This document shows, piece by piece, positions 1-13,322 of a DNA stretch of 64,000 nucleotides. This DNA comes from Octopus sinensis (Eukaryota). The stretch spans positions 106,516,001 through 106,580,000 of the forward strand of contig NC_043001.1 in NCBI RefSeq assembly GCF_006345805.1, given 5' to 3'. Position numbers and translations under genes: made by a program. The notes under the pieces were generated by a model. The model saw nothing but the letters and a program-made list of their open reading frames with translations, ran no database searches and had not been told where the DNA came from. Positions within the stretch are counted from its first letter, which is position 1, and every line of letters begins with the position of its first letter.

Positions 1-139
1 ATCTCGTCTGTTTTAAGTATATTTGGGAATGTACTGTGTATATAATGTGTTTTTGCCTTGTTTAAGAGGATATGGCGTTGTCTGAGTCAGACATCGATGC
101 TCTTTTTTAGCAGGCTGATCAAAACAGAAGTGATCTGTG

Positions 140-565
140 CGTTTGTGTGCGTGTGTGTCTGAGGGAGGCGTATATTCGTATGTGCGTGTGTGCCTGTGCG
201 TGTATTCCTCTGTGTGTGTGTGTGTGCCTGTGCGTGTATTCCTCTGTGTGTGTGTGTGTGTGTGTGTGCGTGCGTGCGTGTGTGTGCCTATGTGTGTATT
301 CGTGTGTGTGTGTGTGTGTGTGCCTGTGCGTGTATTCCTCTGTGTGTGTGTGTGTTTGTGTGTTTGTCTGTGCGAGTGTGCGTGCGTGTGTGTGTGCCTG
401 TGTGTTTATTCGTGTATGTGTTCGCATGTGTCTTCATGCGTGCATGTATATGCTTGTGTGCCTTTGTGTGTGTCTGTGTGCGTTCGTGTGTATCTGTGCG
501 TGCATGTATTTGCGTGTGTGACCGTGTGCGTATGTGTGCGTGCGTGTATATGTATGTGTCTTTGT

Positions 566-598
<33 letters not shown>

Positions 599-1130
599 CG
601 TGTGCCTGTGTGTGTGTGTACGTGTGCCTGTATATGTGTGTCTGTATTTGTGTGTGCGTGCGTGCGTGTGTGTGTGCCTGTGTGTTTATTCGTGTATGTG
701 TTCGCATGTGTCTTCATGCGTGCATGTATATGCTTGTGTGCCTTTGTGTGTGTCTGTGTGCGTTCGTGTGTATCTGTGCGTGCATGTATTTGCGTGTGTG
801 ACCGTGTGCGTATGTGTGCGTGCGTGTATATGTATGTGTCTTTGTGTGTGTTTGTGTGTGTGTGTGTTTGTGTGTGCGTGCGTAGTGTGGCGGTGCATGT
901 ATTCGTGTGTGTGTGCGCGTGTGTATGTGTGCGTGTATATGTGGGTGTCTTTTTGTGTGTTTGTGTGTTTGTCTGTGCGAGTGTGCGTGCGTGTGTGTGC
1001 CTATGTGTGTATTCGTGTGTGTGTGTGTATTTTTATGTGCGTGCTTCTGTGTGAGTCTGTGGGTGTGTGTGTGCGAGTGCGTGCAGCGCGCGCGAGTTTG
1101 CATGTGTGTGTGTATGTGTGTGCGTGTGTG
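140..1130. repeat. Complex (TG)n/(TGCG)n-rich satellite with an internal ~280-bp-period duplication
   Basis: Near-continuous TG/CG dinucleotide variants; the block at ~377-590 recurs almost exactly at ~657-870. The long C/V-rich and H/T-rich ORFs here are repeat translations. Confidence 0.95.
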
Positions 1131-2705
1131 TTCTTCCATCTTTATAGCCACGTTATAGCTCCTGCTTGCTTCTTTCTTCTGCTTTATTATTCTGTAGATC
1201 TCTAGAATCGACAAACTTGTTGATTATGAATTGATTTTACCGCATAGAGCAGATTTTACGAAAACTAAGGTCAAGGAAAGCATTTCCAATGTAATTCTAA
1301 TTTTCTTTTCAATGCTTGAAGCCCAGACAAATATATGCAAGATATTATGCAACAAGATTTGAACGTATCATTTGAATAAGTTAGCAGAATTTTGAAATTT
1401 GTTTTCCATTAACATCATAGAGAATATTTACACTGAATGGCGAACAGTTAGTGTATGTTTACCTTGACAAACAACGCTAAAGACGTGTGTTCTCGGTAAT
1501 GTCTCCAACCGTGTTACTATATTCTCTATTATTTCTTTATACTGTTAATAACAATTCTGCACGTTATTTTTATTATTATTCCATTTCTAGTAAAATATTA
1601 CATCATCATACAAAACTATTGCATTAATCGCACAGTTGCTAGCATCGCCACCACTATCATAACCATGACTGCCAAATTGGCAACAATCCAGGTTTTATAC
1701 GCTACAAGAAGGGAGTTTTTGAATCTCTACATGAACTGTAACCAAAGAATTCAAATGGAAATAGTACAAATGTTGAAGCCTACATTAAAATTCACATGAT
1801 GTACGAATATATTGGAATCACTCCAACCATCACATTACATTGCAACTAATTTCCTTTGCAACATATTGTAGTTATACTTCCTAACGAACGTTCCTTTCAT
1901 TGTAATGATGCAATCATTCAATTATAATTTCCTATGCAGAAATATTTGAAATACAACATACTGGGAAAAAAAATAATGATGTAAATCTTACAAATTTTAA
2001 ACAGTTATCAGAATATACAAACTTCTAACAGAAGTTTGTAGTTGGTAATATAATTTTTATCGTCATATAAAACTTTTAAGCGTTTCTTTCTTTTATATGT
2101 AGCTATCGCTTTGTCTCCGCAACCACTACAGTGCTGAATTACGTCGTGTTAATTCCAAAGTTTGTCACTCACAGTTTCACTCAATTCGTCTCTTTTTCTA
2201 ACGAAACTTGTATCTATATTTTGCTGAAGCAACTCGTACACGTTGTAACAATAAATCTGAATATTCAACATTCTACTTTTAACATTGCATTCTTTTCATT
2301 TGTGGACTGCTAAGTTAGGAATTATATATATTATTGTTGTATGCATTTTTGTGCGTGAGTGTGTGTATCATGTACACACATACATATGTATGTATATATG
2401 TGTGCGTGCGCACGTGAGCAAATGTACATATGTATGTATATATCCATATATATGCATGTCTAAATATATATATATATGCATGTATATATATATATATGCA
2501 TGTATACATACATATATATATATATATATGTGTGAGTTAATGTAAGGTTAAGCAAGTTAGGCAAGTCAATATGTAAAAAATATTAAATACATTTGATGCA
2601 AAAAATCTACTTATGTTTAAATATGCCTATCCTTACCTTTACTCCTTTACCTGATCAAATTTATACCTCTTGAGCACTGCGAAGTGGGTATATACATACA
2701 TATTC

Positions 2706-2749
<44 letters not shown>

Positions 2750-3189
2750 TATATATACATATGATTTGCACACAAATACGCGACTACACATATTTAACAA
2801 CGAGTAGATATAAAGATATATATGTACATCCGATATGAGAAAAGACAAAGCAATAAAATTAGTTTTTTTCGTGACATTAAATGCCGATTTACAGAACTAT
2901 AACCACGAACTTGAACTAGAATATAGCCTATTTATATCTCAACTCTTGATATTAAACAGTAATTTTCGGAAATTTTCTTATTTTCTATATATATATATAT
3001 ATATATATATTCAGAATTTAACACTGAAATCATGGAACAGTTAATTGTATAAGCGAAACACAATCTGCAGTTAAATTTCGTTAGTAGTTAATTTCACATT
3101 TCAGATATCCACTTCACACATTTCTGCTATGTTTTAACTATAAAACCGAATCGATTTGGCAAGGTGTAAAATCAATGATAAATTATTTT

Positions 3190-3306
3190 GATGCGATAAT
3201 TATTTATCATCGTCATCGTCATCATTTTCATCGTCCTCATAATTAGCCTCAACGTCGTCGTCATCATCATCCTCATGATCGTCGTCGTCGTTATCATCAT
3301 CGTCAA

Positions 3307-3338
<32 letters not shown>

Positions 3339-3362
3339 TATTATTATTATTATTATTATTAT
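3190..3362. repeat. (CAT/CGT)n + (TAT)n trinucleotide microsatellite
   Basis: Direct reading. Confidence 0.9.
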
Positions 3363-4288
3363 ACACTTAACAAATTAGACTGTTGGAAAAGAAAAGATCC
3401 TAACATCGGGCTACAACAAGTAGCATTAGATGCCAAGAACGAACCTCCTATCAGATTACAGCAACTAACCTTAGATGCCAAGGTCAAATTCCTCCATCAA
3501 AATTCATATACGATATCAAACCAATCTTGAAATAAATCGTGAGAATACGAAATACATAGATGTAGATTCATCAGAGCCATTGGGTGTCAAGCATTTCAAT
3601 ATTACAAGTCAACGATGGATTTAGATGAGCAGTAATATAAAATAACGGATATATCCTTACGATCTTTTGAGGAAATTGTGTTTGTATTGGGTAAATCTTC
3701 CAACTAATACAAATTGCAACATTTCCCTCATTAGAATGAAATGAAGCGATTAAAATATTTTCGAAGTAGTTTTAAAATAATTTAGATATTATCTACTTAC
3801 AGAGCACAGGAGTGTTTGAAAATAATATAGTTTTTTAGAAAAGTTGTAAAAAGATGTTGTAAAAAATCTTTGTAAAATGAAAAATATTTGTGAAAATAGA
3901 ATATTTGCGCAGATAAAGATGAAATATGTGTAAAAGTAGAATGTTATATCGGGTGAACATTTACATTTTAAAAGGAAAGTGGACAATAGTTCGAATTCAA
4001 CCTAAGTTGATAGTTTAAATAGGCGTACATGGAAAGTTGGTGGGAATAATAAAGTAATTTAAATAATATTTTAAAACTAAATTAAATTATCATATGAGTA
4101 GAAGTACTTAGTATATACTAAAGCAATAATAAGAACTATTTCCTTTATTACAGGAGGACAAGTATAAGATATCGTAACATATAGTATCGAATATAAGGGG
4201 TAATTAAATTAGAGGTATACTAAATGTATGAGGGAGTACATTCGGAAGCAATACCTAAACCAATTTGGACTTGTAAATATTTAATGAA

Positions 4289-4597
4289 AGGAGCAGGCTG
4301 TCCGTTACGATGACGAGGGTCCCAGATGATACGATCGGGAAATTAACATGGAAGTGGCAGAGCATTCCACAGACACGTGTACCCTTAACGTAGTTCTCAA
4401 GGAGATTGAGCGTGACACAGAGTATGACAAGGCTGACCCTTTGAAATACTGGTACTACTCACTTTTGCCAGTTGAGTGGACTGGAGCAACGTAAAAAAAA
4501 GTGCCTTGCTCAATGACACAACGCGTCACCGGGAATTGAACTAATAACCTTATGACCGTGAGCCGAATGTCCTAACCACTAAGCCACGCGCCTTCAC
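4289..4597 (-). mobile_element. tRNA-derived SINE, family A (tail ...CGTCGTAACCGACGGAGT)
   Basis: Minus strand has A box TGGCTTAGTGG and B box GTTCAATTCC; body shared with copies at 13.3k, 29.4k and 49k; 10-bp TSD ATTTAATGAA (4279-4288 / 4598-4607). Confidence 0.9.
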
Positions 4598-5763
4598 ATT
4601 TAATGAATATTGCATGATTAAAAAACATACTAAAATAAGGATTTCCCTATCCAATAAATTTTATAAAAAAGACCTTATAAAAATTATTTATGAATTACAA
4701 ACTCTAGGAAAGTATATGAAAGGATATATAAATGTATAAAAATATCAAATAAAGATATAAAAAGATTTTAAACATAATGTGTAATTATAAATATAAAATA
4801 TATTATTGTATTATACAGTGAATTTTAGGAAAAGAAATTGTAAACTCTTTATAAGCTAAATAAGTTTCACAATGTATAATAGGGTATATAGATACATAAA
4901 AATTTAATAATATAAAATATAAAAAATATTTTAAAATTTTATAAAATCTTATAATGCATTTCTTTAGAAAATGATATAAAAGGTATTTCCTTACAGAATG
5001 TTGTAAAAGGTATAACAGAGATAGGAGGAAGGATAAATCAAAATAAAATAAATCAAATAAGGATTATTTTATGAATTTTGATATAAATTATAAATTATAT
5101 TGGTATATTGAAAAGAATATTTAGATATGATATTATAAATATTACCATGTAAAAAATAAATATATATGTATCAAATATTAATTGAAAACAATAAAAATAA
5201 CGGTGCCTTTAGAAATGGTTTCCTAAAACATTTCTAAAATATATCGAAGGCACTGATCTAGCTAGAATAATAACAGTTCCTGGGGTGGTGTGGTGGGGTT
5301 ATACATTATACTTAGGCGCGGTGTAAGATTTAGTAATCCATTGTAAATGTATGTTATACTAACTATAAGGGAAAAGAATCCTGAAACTGAAGGGGTACAT
5401 ATATAATATAATTATTGAAAGATTACAGATCGAAGGGACCACCGAAAAACAGACGTCAAAAGACACTGATACCGCCATAAATTCTCCGAGAAAAACACAC
5501 TACATAATAGGCTAGCAGAAGAAAGAAAATGAATTAAAACTTTGGTTAACCACGTACATGATCGTGTTATGGGCTTAGAGTAATAAAAACATTAACTATT
5601 GCCTTCATCAGCGTCGGTATTCCAAGGCATAAATATACGAGTGTCATTTGACGTCTATTTTTAAGTGCGTGGCGAGGCACAAGCCAAGCCCTTGTTATAA
5701 TTATGTATATACTTATAAAATATTTGTAAATATACATATATACGTATTCTATTAATCTTTTAT

Positions 5764-6160
5764 CTGTTCCAGCCATTTTGACTGCGGCCATGCTGGAGCA
5801 CCATCTTAAGGGGTTTTAGTCGAAACATTCGAACCCAAGAATTATTATTTGTAAGCTTAGTACTTATTCTATCGGTCTCTTTCACGGGGCCGCTAAGGTA
5901 CGGGAACATAAACACACCAGCATCGGTTGTCAAGCGATGGCGGGGCAAAACACAGAAATACAGACACACACACACACACACATGTATATATGTATGTATG
6001 TATATTTATACGCCTGGCTTCTTTCAATTTCCGTCTACGAAATCTATTCACAAGGTATTGGTCAGCCCGAGGCTATAGTGGAAGACACTTGCCGTAGTGG
6101 GATTAAACTTGAGAGCATGTAGGTTGGAAGTAAGATTCTTACCACACAGCTATGCCTGCT
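5764..6160 (-). mobile_element. tRNA-derived SINE, family B (CORE-like CCTTGGGCAAGTGTCTTC block, internal CA/TA microsatellite)
   Basis: Homologous to copies at 14.8k, 36.6k, 50.7k and 53.4k; tRNA-like head at the right end. Confidence 0.85.
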
Positions 6161-6187
6161 CCTATGTATGTATATATGTTTGTATGA

Positions 6188-6440
6188 AGGCACAGGGCCT
6201 TGTGGTTACGGTGCAATTGTTGGTTCGCTTCCCGGATCGAGCAAAACATTTCATTTCCCGTTGCCCCAGTCCACTCAGCTGTAAAGGTGTAACCCTGTAA
6301 CGGACTAGCCATCCGATCAGGGGGAATGTTGGCCTGCTCTCCTAACCAGAGTGGTGGCATCATTCGAAAGCTAAAACGATACAAAAGTGCATTGTGACCA
6401 GCGATTTGAAACAACATCCGATAGTCTGGTCGATCACGCG
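6188..6440 (+). mobile_element. Degenerate tRNA-derived SINE
   Basis: Decayed head plus the GTTGCCCCAGTCCACTCAGCTG block shared with family A. Confidence 0.55.
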
Positions 6441-6714
6441 GTCACATCATGTATCTTCATATGAATGTGTGTATGTGTGTACATATATCTCTAGATTCTA
6501 TAATAGTTCGTTTCTTACTAACTCTCGTTTCGTGCTCTCTTTCTCTTCCTTTCTCTCTCTCCTTCGTCTGTATCTTCCTTAATCACTCATGTGTAACGAA
6601 CCATAAACATTTTCACAAATTTTCTGATCTATCCATCTTTTTTGCCCAATTCTTAACCCAATAATATCTCCACTACCGCAGTATTATCTCTTATCGTTTC
6701 GTTACTCTGTATGT

Positions 6715-6865
6715 GTGTCTGTCTGAATTTCAACTCCTCTCTCTCTTTGTCTCTCTCTCTCTCTCCCTCTCTCTCTCCCTCTCTCTCTCCCTCTCTCTCT
6801 CCCTCTCTCTCTTTGTCTGTCTATATTTATCTCCTTCTCTCTCTCTCTCTCTCTCTCGCTCTCTG
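6715..6865. repeat. (CT)n-rich microsatellite
   Basis: Direct reading. Confidence 0.9.
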
Positions 6866-9120
6866 ACTTATTCTTACTTCCCTTCCTATTATCACATCTG
6901 AATTTTAGTACCGTTTATCAAACTATGGAACATCGCTATAACCATTTCCTATCTTTTTCTTTTTTTTCTTTCTATTTATCTCCCAAATATGTCTTACTAT
7001 AACCATCTCCAACTCCCGTCTACTATCTCTAACAAACACCATCTTTCTGACACTTGTAATCTCTCTAACCACTGCAAACCTTCTAACCATTACCACCTCC
7101 ATAACCCCTATCATCTCTCCCTCACGTCTGCCCCTTACCTCTTTTGCCATGACCAACACTCGTCCTACTATCATATATCCCTAACCACTCTGCTAACTGT
7201 TCTCCTTATCCAAACCAAAATAGATTTATTTTATTCACAAAATGTCAGAACTATACGCATAATTTTCTTTCTTTTTTTTTTTTTTGCTTTGTTAAACGGC
7301 ACTATTTATTGATTAGTTTCATTTCTACAGCACTGGCACGTGCATACAGACACACACATGGAGACAAACACACTTTAATCTCTTTTCGGTTTACGTATTA
7401 AAATAAAACGTCAGTCGAATAAAACGTCAAAAAACATATATAATATAATAAATGAATAAAACAGGAGCTGATTCTAAGAATTATATTTTTGAAATGTCAA
7501 AGATTTCATTCAAAAGTACCGAACTTGTTTTGATGGATTGCAAAGAATAAGCTAGAGACAAGGATATAATATAAATCTTTAAAAGAAAATATACAATCTT
7601 TAGTAATAGAGGGAAAAAATAAGAACATAACAACAACCCATAATGCTTTCCAAAGCGAGAGATAATGGCAGAAATAAATTCCTAAAATAATAATGAAGAA
7701 TGTATTAATATTTCAAAGAGTATCTTGTCCTGCATGCCGTGATCTTCTAAAAGCAATTTGATTGAAGAACTACAGTGGGAGATTAATATTTGGTTGAATA
7801 AGAACATTAATCAACAAAGACATTGCCAGCTTTTGGGTGGATTTAGACATTTGTTTTATCTTTATTGAAGTGCGTTGTTTTCTTTCTTTATTTTTTTGTT
7901 TTCATTATCACAATTTTGAAATGTGCTTAGAAGTGCATAAATTCCGCAGTGAACGGATTGCAAATGTTACCAAAAAAAAAAATCAAAGATTAAACTTTTC
8001 ATTTTAAGGTAATATGGGTATCCGTGTTGTAGCTAACAATAACCAACTGCTTTTTGTTTTTATATGATAAATATGATAGAAATTGTTTGATCGTAACCAA
8101 TGTTATAACACCAACTGTAAATCTCTTCTTCAATTTATTGCTACATTAAATTTATTTATTCTTAAGTTTCGGACATTTTGATGGATAAAAGACAGAATAA
8201 AACTCAATCCTTATATGGCTTTTAATGAAACTTCCTGATCGGTAATGCCAGAGATGATGTTAACATGTGTTTTATGTATTTGGCGTTAGATTTTAAAAGT
8301 GGCGTGTTTTCTTCATAACATTTACAAAAAATTATGTTGAGAATTTTTCAGGAATTTCCTGAACATAATTGATGAATGAGCCAAATATGTTGGAACAGGC
8401 AGCTATAAAATTATATATTTTAGCTTATTTTAAAGGCAGGTCGATGTAAATGCTTAAAAAACAGATCGGTGATTCGCATGTTTCAAGTGAAACTTATTAA
8501 AAGTATTTTCTTTTGTTTCTGAATAGGATTGGATTCTTAATTATCCATGAAGGCAACTTACCTTGCTGAGAGAACCCCGAGGGAACTGGTACCAAGACTC
8601 CCACGGTAAGGTACTTACAATGAACTTGCAACTTACGCAGAATCTGCTTAATTTCATCTATTTAACAGCTCAAAATGAACCTCGCGATATTAGTATCCTT
8701 GTACTTTGAGACAACATTTAAACAATATAAAGGATGCTGAATTCAGAGTTCTTATTTAAACCTCTAATGGTGCCTTAGACATTTTAGAAGCCTAAAGTTG
8801 TTACGAAACTATAGAAAAGCTGAAGAAAATATATACGTAAGTATTAAGCGATGTATCTGTTAGAAAGTTTCTTTATTAATATCAAGTGAAACTCGTTAAA
8901 CTGAAGACCATTCAATATTCTAAAATGCTGATTTCACACAGAGTACATCACGAGAAGGTGAAACTTGCAAGTAAATAACCATGCAACTAGTTAACGGATC
9001 TCAACTTAGTGTCCAATAGTTTATCATATAGGACAGTTCAAGCAGCATGGTGCACTTTTACTAAATCTGTTTCCTTGAAGTCGGTAGCCATATTCTATCT
9101 AAACACAGATATTGAACTGT

Positions 9121-9346
9121 TCTATATTTAAGAGATGAGGAATTAAGTACATTATTTACATTATTTACATTTGACGATATTTGTCCTCATCTTGTTTGTT
9201 GTTAACACAACGTTTCGGCTGATACACCCTCCAGCCTTCATCAGGTATCTTGAGGAAATTTCGAACCTAGGTTCTCATTCCTAATGTATTTTTCGATGTT
9301 GTTGTCATTATTATTATTATTATTATTATTATTAGTAGTAGTAGTA

Positions 9347-9400
<54 letters not shown>

Positions 9401-9527
9401 ACTGTAGTAGTAGTAGTAAGGTCACTGCCAGGAATCGAACTCGGAATCTTGAGGTTAGTAGCCCATGCTCTTAACCACTACGCCATATGCCTATGGTGAA
9501 GGCTGGAGGGTATATCAGCCGAAACGT
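9121..9527 (-). mobile_element. Non-autonomous tRNA-head + hammerhead retroelement (SINE/retrozyme-like) with inverted 5' arm
   Basis: A box 9475-9485, B box 9431-9440, TAT/TAG microsatellite, HHR 9204-9249, inverted HHR fragment 9497-9527; 14-bp TSD AGATATTGAA(C/T)TGT at 9107-9120 / 9528-9541; homologous to 27835-28040. Confidence 0.85.
9204..9249 (-). ncRNA. Minimal type I hammerhead ribozyme
   Basis: Minus strand GAUAC-CUGAUGA-A-GGCUG(loop)CAGCC-GAAAC-GUU^GUGUU. Stem I GAUAC/GUGUU, 5-bp stem II, palindromic ACGU in place of helix III. Predicted cut between 9209 and 9208. Confidence 0.75.
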
Positions 9528-12019
9528 AGATATTGAATTGTATTTGAATCCGAAATTTGTTTAAAATTTAATTTTGCTTTAAACTTTCAGCTCTTAACTT
9601 TACATCATTTTTATTCACTTTTAAATATCTATTGTTTTTTAACAGTAAAACACAAATCCCCAAACTCGTGTACTCTCTTATTTGTCTAAAGCATTTCCAG
9701 AATATATCTATATTCAGGTGTTTCTAATCATTTACAAAAATATCTCTAGATTTGTTCTGGAACTCAAAGACTATTCATATCTTATATTTCGGTAACCCCT
9801 AACTTTTTCAAAACGGTACCACCTAGAGGCACAACTCGGTCACTCGATTGCGGGAGTTAAAGTAGGCTCTAGTGTTTAAGAAAATAAACATTAGATGATG
9901 TACCCCAAGATGCACTGCGTCCTTGGCACTCGTTGAGAGCGGATTTTAGGTGACAACCTTGCATAATGTGCGAATTGGATGAAAAATGCTTTGCAAAATC
10001 TAATTGCCAAGATTTATTTCTTCTGTTCATTACTTGCTATAATATCAACTTACATATTGATTATTCTTCAAATAACGAATCTCCTATTTTCCTTCCTCTG
10101 AATCTTCCAATATTTCCCGTATCTTATTTTATTTTAATTTCCACTGAAATTGATCGTATATGAGCTTCCCCTGTATTTACCTGCGTGTAAATATATATTG
10201 TCATGCTGGGTACGAGGCTAATCTATCGCAGATTCTAATTTGCATTAGAATGCCTTACGTTTATCACTTAAAGCTAACAAAACACTAAACAATTACACCG
10301 TTCCCATACTGCCGATAGCTAACCCATGATGTTTATTTATCTCAAGGTAGACTGATCCATTTTAAGAAATGCTTCCTCGGCCTGGAAACAGTATAACGTC
10401 AATAACAGAATACGAAGACTTTATCGATTTAATCTAACTTGGCGCCTTCAGAATACTTTCGTGGGTAATTGAGGCCTCTTAGATCTTTGTTTCATTAAAT
10501 CTTGCCAAAAGCTTATAGGGTGATAATTTTATTCGACCAGCGATAATTAAAATCATTCGTTAGCTTACTTATGTCAAAACAAAATGCTTCACTGCATTTA
10601 ATTATGTGTTAGTTCCGTTTATTTTACTAATCTCCCATGTCCAACGAGAAATAATAAGCAGTTTCGATTATTAGCGCTCCTTATTTCGTCTTATATTAAT
10701 ATTCATCTTGTCCAAATGAAGAAAATTATTCATATCAAACTTCACGGTCCCTTAATTCGTTACAAAACCTTTTGTGAAAGGTTCTTTTGACAATGAATTT
10801 CTATAAAGGCCTTCAAGAATATTCAGGTGATCTTGGTCATCTCACTAAACATAAAGTCACTCTTTCGTAAGTTGTAATTGAATTGCTTACACCTGTAACA
10901 ATAGATTTTAATAAAAAAATTTTTTAGGATTTTACAGTTAGCTCTCAAGCGCAAATGCATCTTATATAACAGATGGGTTTAGCTATTTCTGCTACTTTGG
11001 ACATTTTGACATAGTTCATATTGACTAATTTTTCATAATAGTTTTCTTGAACACTGTAAGATATATGGAATTTTCAATAACTATATTACTTTGAAAGTAA
11101 GGATCTTATTCTAAATTCATCCCCCACATCTACCTTTAAAATCTTATAATATATCTATCAAGCGGTTAAAGGTGCTTCCTGCCTTTTTATTAAGACGATC
11201 AGATAGTTTCAAAGGAATTGCACGATTTACAGTAATTCTTATATACTGAACATGCTGGCTATTCAGGGTGATATTAGAGATTGTACAGAAGAAAGTGATA
11301 ATTCCATGCATGTATAATGCTTAAATTCTGAAAAGTATGCAATAAAACCGAACAATAAAGATATAAGGATTATCCGTATCGAAAAAAGTAAAAGAAATTG
11401 TTAGTTGAACGGTTTTACCTTGTCATGCAAAAGATTCCCTTAGATCTTCTTCCCCGTTACCAATTTTTCCAATTTTCCATCGTCGGCAGTGGCAGAAGGG
11501 ATTGTTGGTGGTTGTGTTTATAGTATCAGTACAAGAGACGACTAAACTGTCGTCCCTGTTTTTACATTTGTTAATGCAACAGATAAGATTATTTAAAACT
11601 TTACATTAATGGCCGTCATACGAGTTTATTAGATTACATCTGAAGAGGCAAATAGTTTGCTGCAGACGATATGTTATAATGATAAAGATGTGATAAGATT
11701 ACGTGAAAGACTTATCGTGGAAATCAAATGGAGAACACAAAGCAACACAAACTTACTTCGTTTCGTATGTAGACAGAGGAAGCTAAATATGTTTAAGCTT
11801 TTCATTCAAGAATATACGTACGACTGCTCTATGTGTGTGTGTGTGTTTTGTGTAAGTATGTACATATGTATATTGGTAGACCGGAGGCGCCTCCGTGACC
11901 ACGCTTGTGACTGGCTAATCCTGCCTTTGAAAATCTGACACAACCACACTAGTCACAAGAAACATTTCCATACCCTTCTCAGGGAAGACTGTTCACATCT
12001 TGCTTATATGCATTAGCAT

Positions 12020-12172
12020 GTTTCAACTCAGAGTAACTCCGCCGAGGTCGACTTTGCATTTCATCCTCTCGGCGTCGATAAATTAAGTACAGGTTGCGTA
12101 CTGGGGTCAATCTAATCAACTGGGCCCCTCCCCCAAATTTTCAGGCTTTGTGCCTAGAGTAGAAAAGAATAT
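12020..12172 (+). mobile_element. SINE family C fragment (GTCGACTTTGCCTTTCATCC core)
   Basis: Homology to copies at 25.4k, 54.7k and 59.4k. Confidence 0.7.
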
Positions 12173-12199
12173 TTCAACTCTCAGAGATATGCAACCTTG

Positions 12200-12410
12200 C
12201 TGTTCTCGGATTCTTTAACACCAGTTGGAATCAGATCTTCCCAAGGAGTTGGTATCGATATTGATCCTTTTCAGTGCGTCTTTAAGATTCTTTGAAACGC
12301 TTGCATGACTTACAGTGGGAACGTTGTCCTTGCTCCTGCTTACCATACAAAGCCTGTTTTGGCATGTGGGTGTCCTCTGGACGAACAAGATGCCCAGGCC
12401 ATACAAGTAG
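12200..12410 (-). pseudogene. RTE-clade LINE C-terminal remnant
   Basis: Frameshifted translation W.GHLVR.ED..MPKQALYG...QGQRSH....KRFK..LK.ALKRINID.NS matches the RTE ORF end. Confidence 0.75.
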
Positions 12411-12429
12411 GTGTTTTATAATACTCTTT

Positions 12430-12720
12430 TACTATTTTACTTGTTACAGTCATTTGACTGTGGCCATGCTGGAGCATCGCCTTTAGTCGAGCAAATCAAC
12501 CCCAGGACTTATTCTTTGTACTTATTCTATCGTGTGTGTTTGTATGTTTGTTCTCCCCACCATCGCTTGACAACCGATGTTAGTGTGTTTACGTCACCGT
12601 AACTTAGCCGTTAGGCCGAAGAAACGATAGAATAAACATTAAGCTTACAAAGAATTAGTCCAGGGATTGAATTCTCCGACTAAAAAGCGATGCTCCAGCA
12701 TGGCCACAGACAACAAATAA
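12430..12720. mobile_element. Two headless family-B SINE tails in opposite orientation
   Basis: The CAGTCATTTGACTGTGGCCATGCTGGAGCA block occurs at ~12449 and inverted at ~12685-12710. Confidence 0.65.
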
Positions 12721-13322
12721 CTGAAACAAATAAAATAATAAAAGAATACTTCCAAATATGAAAAATAACCACAATAACATAGTAAACAAAACTATTATTC
12801 TACAATGGAATCGACAATATCTCTTATAACAAATTTGTGGGAAAACAAAACAAAAAAACGCAGAATCATTTCTTTGTTGTCGCCATCTCATAAAGTCTAA
12901 TGATTGACAAATTTAAAATGGTTAGATATATTCGAGAATCGACAATATGATTTATATCATGCATCGACGAGTATATCAATTTATTCTAACAATATTTCTT
13001 CTCTCTGTCTGGAAATATAAATAAATGTGGTTGCTACAAAACATACATAAAACATTAGTACTCAGAGAGCGTAAACCTCCACCAAAAAGTATTATCCAAG
13101 GGAAAGGCAAGGTCCGATACACCTTTGCATCAGTGATTTCGCAACTCATTTCTACATCTGAGTGAACTGGAACAACGTGAAATAAAGTGTCTTACTCAAG
13201 AACACAACACGCAGCCCGGTCCGGGATTCGAACTCACAACCTCACGAAGGTTCGAGGTTGTAGCAGAAGACCCCTACCCACTCAAGACGCCACGCATGGT
13301 GTTTGAAAGCCCGCTCCTTACT

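Noticed and set aside
119-1214. Long ORFs up to 305 aa
   Set aside because: Translations of TG/CA repeats; open in most frames on both strands.
5560-5625. Minus-strand CTGATGAAGGC...GCC motif
   Set aside because: GAAA strand absent (GCCCATAAC); cannot be supported.
7500-8200. Possible very old mariner remnant (LIEELQWEI)
   Set aside because: Only one short motif-like match; no TIRs or further motifs found.
8528-8607. Possible exon (AG acceptor, ATG, GTAAGG donor; also a strong minus-strand donor)
   Set aside because: Contradictory signals on both strands, no recognisable peptide, no partner exons.
11630-11680. CTGAAGA-GGCAAA(TAG)TTTGCT hairpin
   Set aside because: Good stem II but followed by GCAGAC rather than GAAAC, and no valid cleavage triplet; at best a heavily decayed relic.
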